A stretch of DNA of 62,800 nt, taken from contig JBNKOT010000377.1 of the NCBI GenBank assembly GCA_050294855.1, positions 1 through 62,800 of the forward strand. Reading direction: 5' to 3'. Below the pieces are notes generated by a model, which saw only the letters and a program-made list of their open reading frames with translations, ran no database searches and was not told the DNA's origin. Shown here piece by piece: positions 1 through 10,197 of the stretch. Source of the stretch: Draconibacterium sp. (GTDB lineage: Bacteria; Bacteroidota; Bacteroidia; Bacteroidales; Prolixibacteraceae). Each line of letters opens with the position of its first letter. Position 1 is the stretch's first letter. Made by a program: the position numbers and the translations under genes.

Positions 1-239
1 TATGAATTTCACTTATAAATACCGATTTTCTGCGTCATATTTGCTTACCATAGCCCGCTATGCTTTCGCAAACAGTCCTTGAAACTCAATATTTATACGC
101 GATTTGAGCCATTAATTTTATATCGAACTCAGGTTATTAAGGTGTCGAAAGGTGGAGTTGATTTGTTCAAGTCCTTTAATTTGAATACAAGGCGTACTCC
201 GGTAGCTATTAAAAATGCCAGTTTCTTTTTCGTTAAAAC

Positions 240-278
240 AAAAGAATTCCCCGAAACATAGCCTCGGGGAATTCTTTT
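240..278. terminator. Rho-independent terminator downstream of the SSS transporter (probably bidirectional)
   Basis: Perfect 15-bp stem AAAAGAATTCCCCGA / TCGGGGAATTCTTTT with a 9-nt loop, 48 bp after the transporter stop codon; A/T runs at both stem ends. Confidence 0.85.
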
Positions 279-326
279 ATTCTCCTCTGAAATTCAGCGG
301 AGCACTCGGTACAACGAGATAATTTT

Positions 327-2048
327 TTACCAGAAATAAATATAGAATACCACTGTAATTCCAATAATTATCGCTGAATGAATTATATCCCAGTGATTCC
401 AACTCTTCCGTGTAATTGCTTTTTGTTCAGAAGTGGCTGACTGAAATGTTAAACCAACAAGCTGTTCTGCCGTTGCTGATGTTGTGAAACGGCTAACCAC
501 CATAACCACAATCATACTGAAAACCAACATCCCACCACTAAAAAACAGCCAGTTTACATCGTAGAAAAGTGTATAGAATAGATTATTCACTCCGGTTTCT
601 GCTGCCCATAATTTCACATCCGTATAACCGGCGCTTCCGGCTAGTGAAGTATACAATACCTTCGCTCCCAAGCGTAATATACCTACAATAAATCCGGAAA
701 TCATACCCCACATACCTCCTTTGGGTGTTGGTCGTGTAGATATAATCCCCAACAAGAAAGCTGCGGCAATACCGGGTGCCAATACCGACTGTACATCCTG
801 TAAATAGGTATATAAAACATCGCCAATACTACGCATTACCGGAATCCATAAAATACCTAAAATTACAATAACAATGGTCGCTGTACGACCAACACGCAAC
901 AACCGTTTTTCGGTTGCAGTAGGGCGGAATTTTTTATAGAAATCGATGGTAAATAACATCGCCGAAGAGTTAAAAAGTGAAGCTAACGAACTCATTAGAG
1001 CCGCCAAAATACCGCACACAACAAGTCCTTTTACACCCGCTGGCAGTAGCTTTGCAACCATGGTAGGGAAAGCAGCATCGGCGTTGGGTAATCCGTTTTC
1101 GAGCATGGGTAAAAAGTTTCCTGTTTTTTGATGTAAGGCAAAAGCAATCATTCCTGGAATCATAAATAAAAACACCGGGGTAAGTTTTAAGTAGGCACCA
1201 AAGATGGTTCCCCGACGAGCCTGTGTTTCGTTTTTACCTGAAAGAACACGCTGTACGATAAACTGATCGGTACACCAATACCAGAAACCAATTACTGCAG
1301 AGCCAATAAATACACCCAGCCAAGGAAAATCTGCGTCGCGGTTACTGCGAATCAAATTAACCATAGTGTCTCCATGTTCGTTTACAGGGACTGCACTTGT
1401 TAGACGTATCATTTCGTCCCATCCGCCTAATTCTTTTAATCCAAGCACCAAGATTATTATTGAACCCAATAAAAGAATTGGCGTTTGAAGAACCGAAGTA
1501 TATAAAACCGATTTCATACCGCCAATAACTGTGTATAATGCGGTAAGAAGTACCAGCCCAATTGCTGAAATCCAGAAGAAATCGATTCCCCACATGGTTT
1601 CAATTCCAAACACTTGTTGAAATACCAAACCTCCGGCGTAAACCGTAACAGCTACCTTGGTTAATACATAACTTACCAATGAGATTACAGAAAGTATGGA
1701 ACGGGATTCTTTGTTGTAACGACGTTCCAAAAACTCGGGCATGGTGGTTACCATACTACGCGAATAGAAAGGAACAAATACCCAACCCAAAATAAGGATC
1801 ATCCAACCCTGGATTTCCCAATGTGCCATCGCCATTCCGCTCGAAGCACCGGCTCCGGCCAAGCCAATTAAATGTTCCGATCCAATGTTTGATGCAAAAA
1901 TAGAAGCGCCTATGGCAATCCAGGATGCATCCCGGCCTGCTAAAAAGTAGTCGCCTGAACTGTTTTGTTTTTGAAGGAAAACCCAAACGATTATTCCAAT
2001 TAGTAGTAAGGCAAAAATTCCGATTACTATCCAGTCTAAAGTGTTCAT
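327..2048 (-). CDS. Sodium:solute symporter (SSS/SLC5 family), probable monosaccharide (arabinose/galactose) uptake
   Basis: 573-aa polytopic membrane protein with SSS motifs YFLAGR, ASNIGSEHLIGLAG, GGMKSVLYT, YWCTDQFIVQRVL, AALMSSLASLFNS; substrate inferred from operon context. Confidence 0.92.
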   Translation of the reverse strand: MNTLDWIVIGIFALLLIGIIVWVFLQKQNSSGDYFLAGRDASWIAIGASIFASNIGSEHLIGLAGAGASSGMAMAHWEIQGWMILILGWVFVPFYSRSMVTTMPEFLERRYNKESRSILSVISLVSYVLTKVAVTVYAGGLVFQQVFGIETMWGIDFFWISAIGLVLLTALYTVIGGMKSVLYTSVLQTPILLLGSIIILVLGLKELGGWDEMIRLTSAVPVNEHGDTMVNLIRSNRDADFPWLGVFIGSAVIGFWYWCTDQFIVQRVLSGKNETQARRGTIFGAYLKLTPVFLFMIPGMIAFALHQKTGNFLPMLENGLPNADAAFPTMVAKLLPAGVKGLVVCGILAALMSSLASLFNSSAMLFTIDFYKKFRPTATEKRLLRVGRTATIVIVILGILWIPVMRSIGDVLYTYLQDVQSVLAPGIAAAFLLGIISTRPTPKGGMWGMISGFIVGILRLGAKVLYTSLAGSAGYTDVKLWAAETGVNNLFYTLFYDVNWLFFSGGMLVFSMIVVMVVSRFTTSATAEQLVGLTFQSATSEQKAITRKSWNHWDIIHSAIIIGITVVFYIYFW

Positions 2049-2089
2049 TAGTTTTAGTTTTTATAATTATAGATTAAATTTAGTATATT

Positions 2090-2794
2090 TTAATTCTTTA
2101 AAAATTTTACTCTTGCAATATTAATAGGTTTTGTTGAATTTAAAAGTTTTATTATTTCTTTTGGAGCCAGAGCATAATCATATAATCCAAACGATGCCAT
2201 AAATCCGGAATAATGCTCTCCAATATCGGAAGCCCCAATTCTGATTTTTGCTTTTTTAATTGATGTTGATAACAACATGTTTTGCGCATTGTCCAATTTC
2301 CCATTAACGTAAACCTTTTCAACCACACCATCAAAAGTTACAACAATATGATGCCATTTATTTGCCTCCGGAATTTGTTTAAACGGCAGATCGAAATGAG
2401 CATCTAAATGTGCTTCTGCTCCGTGGTTGCTACTGTTGTAATGTACCCACGTTCCCCGGCAGGCATAAATCTTACCATCGTCGCCCTCAATAATGTCGGG
2501 TGCCCAAAAATTCCTTAATTCAACTGTATTCAACGAAGGAATTTCCATGATGTAATTGTACCAGTTTTTTAAATCGGAACTGTACCAAACGGTTGGCGCT
2601 CCTGATGCCAGCATTTCATTATCGGTAGTGGAATAAATGTAATAGATGTCGCCAAACTTTTTAATAGTGGGGTCGGCAAACCAGCCGGGTATAATTGGGT
2701 TGCTCAAATTCTCAAGCATCTCAACTTTCTCCTGCTTCGCATAAGAATTCAGAAAAATAATTCCAATTAAAAATAAACTGTAAATTCCTTTCAT
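2090..2794 (-). pseudogene. Internally deleted GH43-LamG gene: GH43 N-terminal part fused in frame to the C-terminal half of a LamG/ConA domain
   Basis: Signal peptide, NPIIPGWFADPTI and NFWAPDII of a GH43 propeller stop after about 110 aa, then KWHHIVVTFDG..KVYVNGKL..IRIGA LamG strands follow; later GH43 catalytic motifs are absent; ORF is open. Confidence 0.6.
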
Positions 2795-2857
2795 ATTTTT
2801 CTTCTTCTCATCGCAGAATTTTCATGCACAATCTTAGAAACCGTATTTTAAAGTATT

Positions 2858-4447
2858 CTAATTAATAATTTTTCCTTTTATCATGGTGAGTGAATGAGCC
2901 GGAAAATCATAGGTAAAAGTACCGGCTTTTTTAACTTTAAGAGTCGCTTTCTTTTCTGTTTTTACATTCGTTTTTCCAAAATCGTTTTCGGCTTTTATGT
3001 CTGGTCCATTCACTTCGTAAGCTTCAAAGTCGCCATCGAACAGTCCTTGTTGCGAAATCAGGTCGGTCGTAATTGCTTTATCTTTGTGTCGGTTAATTAC
3101 GGTAATCACAACTTCTCCATCGTTATATGCGGCAGATACATCAAGAAAAGGAACATCTTTTTGTCGGGTGGTCTGTTCTGCAAGTCCGAGGTAAAACTCG
3201 TCGGTATCGTAGGTTTCACAATCCACATAAACATCGAGAGCTGTTCCAAACATGTTGTTGGCAAAAAGTTGTAACGGGTAATAAATGGTTTGCAAAAACA
3301 TCTCGTTTTTTTCACTAAAAATAGGGGCAATTACATTTACCAGTTGCGCCATATTGGCCATTTTTACGATATCAGCATTTCGGATAAAAGCATTTAAAAA
3401 ACCTCCGATTACCAGAGCATCTTCAAGGTTGTAGCGTTCTTCGAGGGCGCGCTCGCCCGACATGGTTTCTGTCTGGCGCCAGCGGTACCAAATGTTATAT
3501 TCGTCCCAGGCAATGTAAATCGGGTCGCGATTTCCACGGTCTGCTTTTTCCATTTCACGGTCGATCATTCCTTTCACCACTCTGGTTCGTTCTTCAAGCA
3601 CTAATGGAGACGATACAAAATTGTAATAATTGTCCTGATGGTTTCCAACATACATATGCAAAGCAATGTAATCGACCACATCTTTTAGTTCAGACAGCAC
3701 TTTTGCATTCCATTCGTGAGGGTCGTTATCGGGTCTGAAATTTGACGCCCCGGCAGCAACAAGTTTAATGGTCGGGTCGGTTAAACGCATCAATTTAGCG
3801 GCTTCGCGCGCTTTTTTACTGTAATCTTCGGCATTTAAATGTCCCATCTGCCAGAATCCGTCCATCTCGTTTCCCAGACTCCAGTATTTAATGTTGTGCG
3901 GTTCTGAATATCCGTGTTTTTTACGTAACTCGGCATAATACGGACCTTCTTTTACATTGCAATATTCCACCCATTGTTGTGCTTCTTCGATGGTTCCTGT
4001 GCCTAAATTCACTGCAAAATACGGTTCGGTTCCCATACGGCGGGCATAATCGATAAATTCGTTCGTGCCAAATTGGTTCGTTTCCAGTCGGGCCCAGGCA
4101 AGTTCCATTCTTGCCGGACGTTCGCTTTTGGGACCAACACCATCTTTCCAATGGTAATTCGACACAAAATTTCCACCCGGATAACGGGTCAATGGAATAT
4201 TCAGTCCTTTTACTGCTTCCAACACATCCAAACGGATTCCGTCTTCATCGGAAAGCGGAGAGTCAGGATCGTAAATTCCACCGTAAACACAGCGTCCCAG
4301 GTGTTCTACAAAGTTTCCATAAAGGTTCTCATTCACCTCGCCAATCTGACGATCAATATCGATTTTAATTCTCGCGTTTTGTGCCTCGATGTTGCCAGCC
4401 GTGAAAAGCCCAAGAGCAAGCACAAGTAATTTTAATATGTAAGTCAT
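2858..4447 (-). CDS. abfA: GH51 alpha-L-arabinofuranosidase (AbfA-type), signal peptide
   Basis: YGNFVEHLGRCVYGG, RYPGGNFVS, WSLGNEMDG (acid/base), IAWDEYN (nucleophile), AQLVNVIAP. Confidence 0.93.
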   Translation of the reverse strand: MTYILKLLVLALGLFTAGNIEAQNARIKIDIDRQIGEVNENLYGNFVEHLGRCVYGGIYDPDSPLSDEDGIRLDVLEAVKGLNIPLTRYPGGNFVSNYHWKDGVGPKSERPARMELAWARLETNQFGTNEFIDYARRMGTEPYFAVNLGTGTIEEAQQWVEYCNVKEGPYYAELRKKHGYSEPHNIKYWSLGNEMDGFWQMGHLNAEDYSKKAREAAKLMRLTDPTIKLVAAGASNFRPDNDPHEWNAKVLSELKDVVDYIALHMYVGNHQDNYYNFVSSPLVLEERTRVVKGMIDREMEKADRGNRDPIYIAWDEYNIWYRWRQTETMSGERALEERYNLEDALVIGGFLNAFIRNADIVKMANMAQLVNVIAPIFSEKNEMFLQTIYYPLQLFANNMFGTALDVYVDCETYDTDEFYLGLAEQTTRQKDVPFLDVSAAYNDGEVVITVINRHKDKAITTDLISQQGLFDGDFEAYEVNGPDIKAENDFGKTNVKTEKKATLKVKKAGTFTYDFPAHSLTMIKGKIIN

Positions 4448-4463
4448 GTTATTATATTTTATA

Positions 4464-5480
4464 TTAATTTTCGGCTACTACGGGCCATCCGTTTTTATCC
4501 CAGTTTAATTTTTTAATAAGCAGTTTTGGCCTGCCTTCTTCTGCGGCGGCATACCCGTGAAAAACCAGGTAATCGATTCCATCAAAAGTGTAGGTAGAAT
4601 TATGTCCAACGCCGTACCAGTCTTTGTCGCCCTGCAACACTATTGTTCCGCCACCTCTGGCCATCGAATTTCCTTCTTTATCGATGTACGGACCCGGAAT
4701 TTTTTCCGAACGACCAACGATCATTTTATAGGTGCTGTTCACTCCTTTGCAGCAATAATCGATAGAAGCAAAGAGGTAATAGTATTTATCCTTTTTAAAA
4801 ATAAAGGGCGCCTCGATTGCATTTCCTCCGGCATCTTTAGGATTTTCGTCGATGGACGGAGGATTGGGCGCATCGGAAGATTCTTTTCTTGATGCAATGG
4901 TTGGAATCGCATCCATATCTTCTGCCGGTGCGGTGGCATCCGGGTTCATTTTTACCAGTTTTAAACCATCCCAAAACGAACCCCAGGTGAGGTAAGGTGT
5001 ACCGTCGTCGGCCACAATCAGGTTGGGATCGATGGCATTCCAGTTGGTTTTTCCGGGGAAAGATTGAATTACTTTTCCATGATCCACCCATTCAAAATCC
5101 GGATCATTCGGATCGAGCGTTTTGTTAGTCGCTAGTCCGATACACGAAGTATTTTTTCCAAACGACGAAACAGAATAATACAAATAGTACTTTCCATTGT
5201 AAAACGAAATGTCGGGTGCCCAAATATGACCTCGAAAACCTTTTACGGCCTCGGTAGCCCAATTGGGAGCTTCCGAAAAAACAGGTTTTTCGCGGTTCCA
5301 GTTTTTCATGTCGGTCGACGACCAAACTGCGATTCCGCGGCCTGTACAAAAAAGATAATAGGTGTCGTTAAGTTTTGCCATAACCGGATCGTGTACCGAT
5401 ATGCTCTGGGCATTTGATACCCCTGCAAATAGAAACAGGATTAGAATTATATTTACGATTATTTTCATTGGTTTCTTCAT
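4464..5480 (-). CDS. abnA: GH43 endo-1,5-alpha-L-arabinanase, signal peptide
   Basis: HDPV, WAPDI, NAIDPN, GSFWDG, IEAPF, DYCC, GVGHN motifs typical of GH43 arabinanases. Confidence 0.88.
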   Translation of the reverse strand: MKKPMKIIVNIILILFLFAGVSNAQSISVHDPVMAKLNDTYYLFCTGRGIAVWSSTDMKNWNREKPVFSEAPNWATEAVKGFRGHIWAPDISFYNGKYYLYYSVSSFGKNTSCIGLATNKTLDPNDPDFEWVDHGKVIQSFPGKTNWNAIDPNLIVADDGTPYLTWGSFWDGLKLVKMNPDATAPAEDMDAIPTIASRKESSDAPNPPSIDENPKDAGGNAIEAPFIFKKDKYYYLFASIDYCCKGVNSTYKMIVGRSEKIPGPYIDKEGNSMARGGGTIVLQGDKDWYGVGHNSTYTFDGIDYLVFHGYAAAEEGRPKLLIKKLNWDKNGWPVVAEN

Positions 5481-5729
5481 TTGATTTTTTTAAAGGTTTA
5501 GCAAACTTTCCAGGAAACTTTATAAAAATCAAAATAATTCAAACAGATGTTTTATTCTAAATGCGAGTAACTGACAAACTCCCGTTTTTGCGTTTATTAT
5601 TTAGATCCAGTCTTTTAGTTTTAAGTAACAATATAATCATCATAAAGTTAACGACTTAGAGTCGCCGGTTAAATCAATTGCAAGATGGTATTTTTAAGCA
5701 GAAAAGAAGGACTGAATTCAGGATATTAC

Positions 5730-5746
5730 TGTCACAAATTCGTCGG
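5730..5746 (-). promoter_or_regulatory. Putative HTCS operator upstream of the arabinanase operon
   Basis: Minus strand reads CCGACGAATTTGTGACA, matching the 17-bp motif at other promoters; no clear -7 element at the usual spacing. Confidence 0.5.
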
Positions 5747-5782
5747 AGGAATAAAAAATGAACGATAAAAAGCAGCGAATTT

Positions 5783-8700
5783 CTATTTCTTTTTAAGTTT
5801 TTGAAGGTATTCACTTGGATTCATCCCAAATTCTTCCTTAAAACATTGCCGGAAATAACTGCTGCTGTTGATACCAATCCGGTACATGATTTCCGAAATA
5901 TTGTACTGTCCGGTAATTAAAAGTTGTTCTGCAAAGTTGATCCTAACTTTTCTGATAAATACATTGGCAGTTAAATTGGTCAGTGCTTTAATTTTTCGGT
6001 AAAGCGTTGAATGACTCATGTTTAATTGTGCCGCAACGTACGAGATATTCATCTCTTCGTCTTCCAGATTTGCTTTGATAACATCCTTTAAATTTTTGAG
6101 AAATTCTTTGTCTAATTCGCCTAACGATTCATTTAAAAGTTCTTGTTTTTGTTTAAATCGTGATGAATCAGTCAAAGCAAATTTCTTGCGTGCATCGATA
6201 ATATTTTTTAATCTGCTTTTTAATACATTACTGCTGAATGGTTTTGTAAGATAAGAATCGGCTCCCACATCGTATCCAACTTTTTGATCGTATGTTGAGC
6301 CTTTTGCGGTTAGAAGAACCACCGGAATATGGCTGGTGCCAACATCATTTTTTATGCATCTACACATTTCAATGCCGTCCATAACCGGCATCGTAATATC
6401 GCTGATAATGATATCAGGAATTTCTTTAATGGCAATTTCAAAACCAATTTTACCGTTTTCTGCTCCTAAAACACGGTAGTGGGGGCGAAGCGTTTGCATT
6501 AAAAAGCTACGTAAATCGAAGTTGTCTTCCACAATTAAAAGGATGGGTTTCGAACTGTCGTCGATTATTTCATCCTCGTTTTCGTTATCAGAATCTTTAA
6601 TAACAATAAGCTCCTTAAGCACATTTATACGGTCGTCGATGTTAATGTCGGTTGGGACTTTGGTTTGATTTATTTCTTCGGTACTAAAACGGCTTTCTGT
6701 AAACGGAATACAAACGGTGAACGAACTGCCTTTTCCGGATTCGCTTTCAGCGTGGATTTCGCCATGCAGGGCCTGAACAATTTCGTACGTTAATGCCAGT
6801 CCAATTCCGGAACTGGTAAAGTTGGTTTCGCTGTTAGTTTGTTCTGCTTTGTAAAAACGATCGAAAATGTGTGGTAAATGTTCTTTTGCAATTCCCGATC
6901 CCGAGTCTTGAATGCAAATGGAAACAAATGGCGCCGGGATACAATTTTTTTCCTCGCTTTGTACAAACTCTATTATCATTTTAATACTACCCGAAACCGG
7001 TGTGTTTTTAAAGGCATTCGATAAAAGGTTGTAGAAAACATCCTCAATTTTTTCGGCATCGAACCAGGTTTCTTCGTTATTTTCTTCGGCTATAAACTGG
7101 TAATCGATATGTTGGTGTTCGGCAAGTTCTTTAAACGATTCGAATATTCCACCAAGATATTGCAGCATATTTCCTTTGCTGACATTCAGTTTCAGTTTGC
7201 CGTTTTCAATCCGTCTGAAATATAACAATTGGTTGATTAAGTGCAGTAAGCGTTGTGCATTTCGGTTAATAATGCGAATGGTGTTTTTTGCATTCTTATC
7301 GAGTTTTATATTTTGCATTAGCTGTTCGAGTGGGTCGATAATTAAGGTAAGCGGCGTGCGGAATTCGTGTGAAATATTGGTAAAAAACTGCAAGCGATGC
7401 TGGTTAACCAGTTTTACTTTTTCGTTTAATTCAATTACCTCGTCGCGTTGTTTGGCAATTTTTATGTTTTGATTTTCCAGCTCTTGTTTCTGTTCTTCGA
7501 TTCGATGGGTTCGTTCGCGAATTTGTTGCTCAAGTTTCCGTTTTTGTTCTTTCAGAAAAGTAGTGCGCGAACGGATGTACAACATTACCATTGCAATAAC
7601 GAAGAACACTGCCAGCACTTGTACCCACGTGGTTTTCCAGAACGGCGGTTTTACATTAATAATTAATGTGGTTGGCGTTTCGTTCCAAACACCGTCGCTA
7701 TTGGCAGCTTTCACTTTAAAAATATATTCGCCACCCGATAAATTTGTATAGTTGGCAAAACGCCGGCTTGCAGGAACTTCGACCCAGCTTTGGTCGACGC
7801 CTTCCATTTTGTACGAATACTTAATTTTATTTGGAAGGAAATAATCTAAAGCAGAAAATTCGATTGAAAACACGGCATCTTTAAACGATAATTTTATTTC
7901 GTTTGTTTCGTCGATGGGTTGTTTAAGAATTACTTTTGAATGGTATTTATCGCCGACTTTAACCGGATTGTTAAAAATCGAAAATTCGGTAAAAACAACA
8001 TGTGGGGTAATTGGGTACGATTCGATTTGTTCGGGCGAAAAATAGTTCAGACCTTCAATTCCGCCAAAATATAGATTATTGTTTTCGTCGGAAAAAGAGG
8101 CCGACCAATAAAACTGGTCGCTGAGCAAACCATCGCTGGTATAAAAATTTTGAAATTCTTGGGTTTGGGGATTAAATTTTGAGAGGCCTTTATCGGTGCT
8201 TATCCACAAATTTCCCTGCAAATCTTCTTCGATAGTGTAGGCAACATTATTACACAATCCTTGTTCTTCGGTATAATTTATAAAATAACCTTCTCCTCCG
8301 TTTTCAACAAATTTACAAATGCCGTTTCCATAGGTTCCAAACCAGAGATCTCCGTTTTTTGTTTCTTGAATTGAGATTACATAATTCCCCGGCAAGGAAA
8401 CAGAGTCGGTGCTTCTATTCAGGAATTTATCGAATTTTATTGAACCGGATTCAAGGGATAATTCAAGTAAATCTTTTAACGAAAATCGAAATAAACCATT
8501 TCTTGTACCCATCCAAACACGTTGTTTTTGGTCGGTGAGTAAACACCCAACTTCAACAGCATTTTCGAGATTCATTTTATTGTGAACATGCAAAAACGAA
8601 TTCCTGGCAGGCGTAAAAATATCCAGGCCATTATTGGTTCCGACTAATATTTTTGTTTTATCCAATTCTTCGAAACACGATATAAAATTGTTACATAAAC

Positions 8701-10096
8701 TTGCCGGATCAGGCGTATTATAAAAAATCCGGAATTGGTTTTTATTTTCCGAAAGCGAAAGATTAATTCCTCCTCCCCAGGTTCCAATCCACAGGTTTTT
8801 GTTACTATCTCTAAAAATGGACGAGATAAAATCGTTGTTGATGCTCGTGTTGTTTCCCGGGTCAAATTCAAACCGAATATTTTTCTCTTCGTTGATGCTG
8901 TGTTTATTCAGGCCGCCGCCCGCCGTTCCAATCCATAAAATATCACCCTCTTTGTAGATCGAGTTTATGGTATTGTTGCTGATTGTGTTGTTGTTACTCG
9001 GTTCGTGAACGATCGAATAAAAAGGTTTCTGAAAGGTGTTATAATAATTTATTCCGCCTTTTTCGGTACCAATCCAAATGTTGCCAATATCGTCGGCGTA
9101 CAATGAATTAACAAATGGGCTGTTGAGGTATTTTGTTGTTTCTGATTCGTCGGAAAGGTGCCAAAATTTTTTTTCAGCATAATTGAAATAATTTAAACCT
9201 CCCAGTGTTCCAATAATTACATTTCCATTGTTGTCTTCAATAATATCGTTAACCGTAAAATGGTTTAAATCGGAATCCACATTGTTATCGGCGCCAAAAT
9301 AAGTGCTTTGCAGGTTCTTTGTCTCAAATAAAAAAAGCCCGTTGATCATCGTGCCAGCCCAAATATTGCCTTTCGAATCTTGAAAAAGCTTCGAAATATT
9401 CTGATTTAAAAGACTTTTCTCGAGTTGTTCCCACTGCGGCTTTGTTTCGTCTCCGCTTAAATTAACAGCCACCGCACCGTTGTTTGTTCCAATCAGAATA
9501 TGAGAGTCGTTTAGCAGAAGCAGACTATTAATGTTCAGGTTCAGGAGTAAATCGGTGAAAACTTTAGTGCTCGTTATCTCGTCATTTTCATTGTAACTTA
9601 ATTTCCAAAGTCCGTTTTCTTTGGTTGCCACCCATAAATTTCCTTCATCATCTTTAATAATATGGGTGATGGAAAAGTTGGCAACATTTTCGTTGAGCAA
9701 AATGTTACTGATAAACTGTTGATTTTGGTAATCGAAATACACCAGCCCTTTGTCGGTGCCAATCCATAAGTTTCCTGAATTATCTTCGCAAAGTGTTTGA
9801 ACGAAATTGCTGGGCAGCGAAACTAAATCTTGATTTCGCTGAAAAGTTTTAAAAGAATATCCGTCATAGCGGCAAACTCCGTTCCAGGTTCCAAACCACA
9901 TAAAACCCCGGCTGTCCTTTAAAATACAATCTATCGTATTTTGTGGCAAGCCATTGTTTGTGGTAATGTAATTGAGTCTTATTTGTTTTGGATTTGTTTC
10001 CGGATTAAAAGCATAAACAACACCACCAATCGCAAGAAGCGATAGGATTACAAGCGTATTTTTTAATACATTAATTATCGTGGTTGTTCGTTGCAT
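5783..10096 (-). CDS. Hybrid two-component system HTCS-1 (Reg_prop beta-propellers, Y_Y_Y, TM helix, His kinase, receiver, AraC HTH)
   Basis: Repeated DxxGxxWxGT propeller motifs, YTNLSGGEY, PPFWKT+TM, H-box FFTNISHEFRTPL, NLLSNAFK, GIGLAL, receiver SDITMPVMDG, AraC-type C-terminus. Confidence 0.96.
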   Translation of the reverse strand: MQRTTTIINVLKNTLVILSLLAIGGVVYAFNPETNPKQIRLNYITTNNGLPQNTIDCILKDSRGFMWFGTWNGVCRYDGYSFKTFQRNQDLVSLPSNFVQTLCEDNSGNLWIGTDKGLVYFDYQNQQFISNILLNENVANFSITHIIKDDEGNLWVATKENGLWKLSYNENDEITSTKVFTDLLLNLNINSLLLLNDSHILIGTNNGAVAVNLSGDETKPQWEQLEKSLLNQNISKLFQDSKGNIWAGTMINGLFLFETKNLQSTYFGADNNVDSDLNHFTVNDIIEDNNGNVIIGTLGGLNYFNYAEKKFWHLSDESETTKYLNSPFVNSLYADDIGNIWIGTEKGGINYYNTFQKPFYSIVHEPSNNNTISNNTINSIYKEGDILWIGTAGGGLNKHSINEEKNIRFEFDPGNNTSINNDFISSIFRDSNKNLWIGTWGGGINLSLSENKNQFRIFYNTPDPASLCNNFISCFEELDKTKILVGTNNGLDIFTPARNSFLHVHNKMNLENAVEVGCLLTDQKQRVWMGTRNGLFRFSLKDLLELSLESGSIKFDKFLNRSTDSVSLPGNYVISIQETKNGDLWFGTYGNGICKFVENGGEGYFINYTEEQGLCNNVAYTIEEDLQGNLWISTDKGLSKFNPQTQEFQNFYTSDGLLSDQFYWSASFSDENNNLYFGGIEGLNYFSPEQIESYPITPHVVFTEFSIFNNPVKVGDKYHSKVILKQPIDETNEIKLSFKDAVFSIEFSALDYFLPNKIKYSYKMEGVDQSWVEVPASRRFANYTNLSGGEYIFKVKAANSDGVWNETPTTLIINVKPPFWKTTWVQVLAVFFVIAMVMLYIRSRTTFLKEQKRKLEQQIRERTHRIEEQKQELENQNIKIAKQRDEVIELNEKVKLVNQHRLQFFTNISHEFRTPLTLIIDPLEQLMQNIKLDKNAKNTIRIINRNAQRLLHLINQLLYFRRIENGKLKLNVSKGNMLQYLGGIFESFKELAEHQHIDYQFIAEENNEETWFDAEKIEDVFYNLLSNAFKNTPVSGSIKMIIEFVQSEEKNCIPAPFVSICIQDSGSGIAKEHLPHIFDRFYKAEQTNSETNFTSSGIGLALTYEIVQALHGEIHAESESGKGSSFTVCIPFTESRFSTEEINQTKVPTDINIDDRINVLKELIVIKDSDNENEDEIIDDSSKPILLIVEDNFDLRSFLMQTLRPHYRVLGAENGKIGFEIAIKEIPDIIISDITMPVMDGIEMCRCIKNDVGTSHIPVVLLTAKGSTYDQKVGYDVGADSYLTKPFSSNVLKSRLKNIIDARKKFALTDSSRFKQKQELLNESLGELDKEFLKNLKDVIKANLEDEEMNISYVAAQLNMSHSTLYRKIKALTNLTANVFIRKVRINFAEQLLITGQYNISEIMYRIGINSSSYFRQCFKEEFGMNPSEYLQKLKKK
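5792..6463. repeat. Receiver-half plus AraC output module, copy 1 (paralogous to 10207..10878)
   Basis: High protein and DNA similarity to the HTCS-2 C-terminus, starting abruptly at AENGKIGF; final 93-aa segment 91/93 identical. Confidence 0.9.
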
Positions 10097-10106
10097 ACTA
10101 GGTATG

Positions 10107-10136
10107 CAAATTTATGTAATAAAAGTTCTTGACAAA
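10107..10136 (-). promoter_or_regulatory. Bacteroidota primary-sigma promoter for HTCS-1
   Basis: Minus-strand TAAATTTG (perfect TAnnTTTG, 10114-10107) with TTTG 18 bp upstream, 10 bp before the ATG. Confidence 0.6.
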
Positions 10137-10197
10137 ATTGGAGTGGATTCTTTAAGGATGCTTCATTTTCTGAAAAATGCAGAAGTAACTTCCTGAT

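Noticed and set aside
79-261. 60-aa plus-strand ORF at the window start
   Set aside because: TTG start, no recognisable motif, and it runs into the terminator hairpin; unsupported
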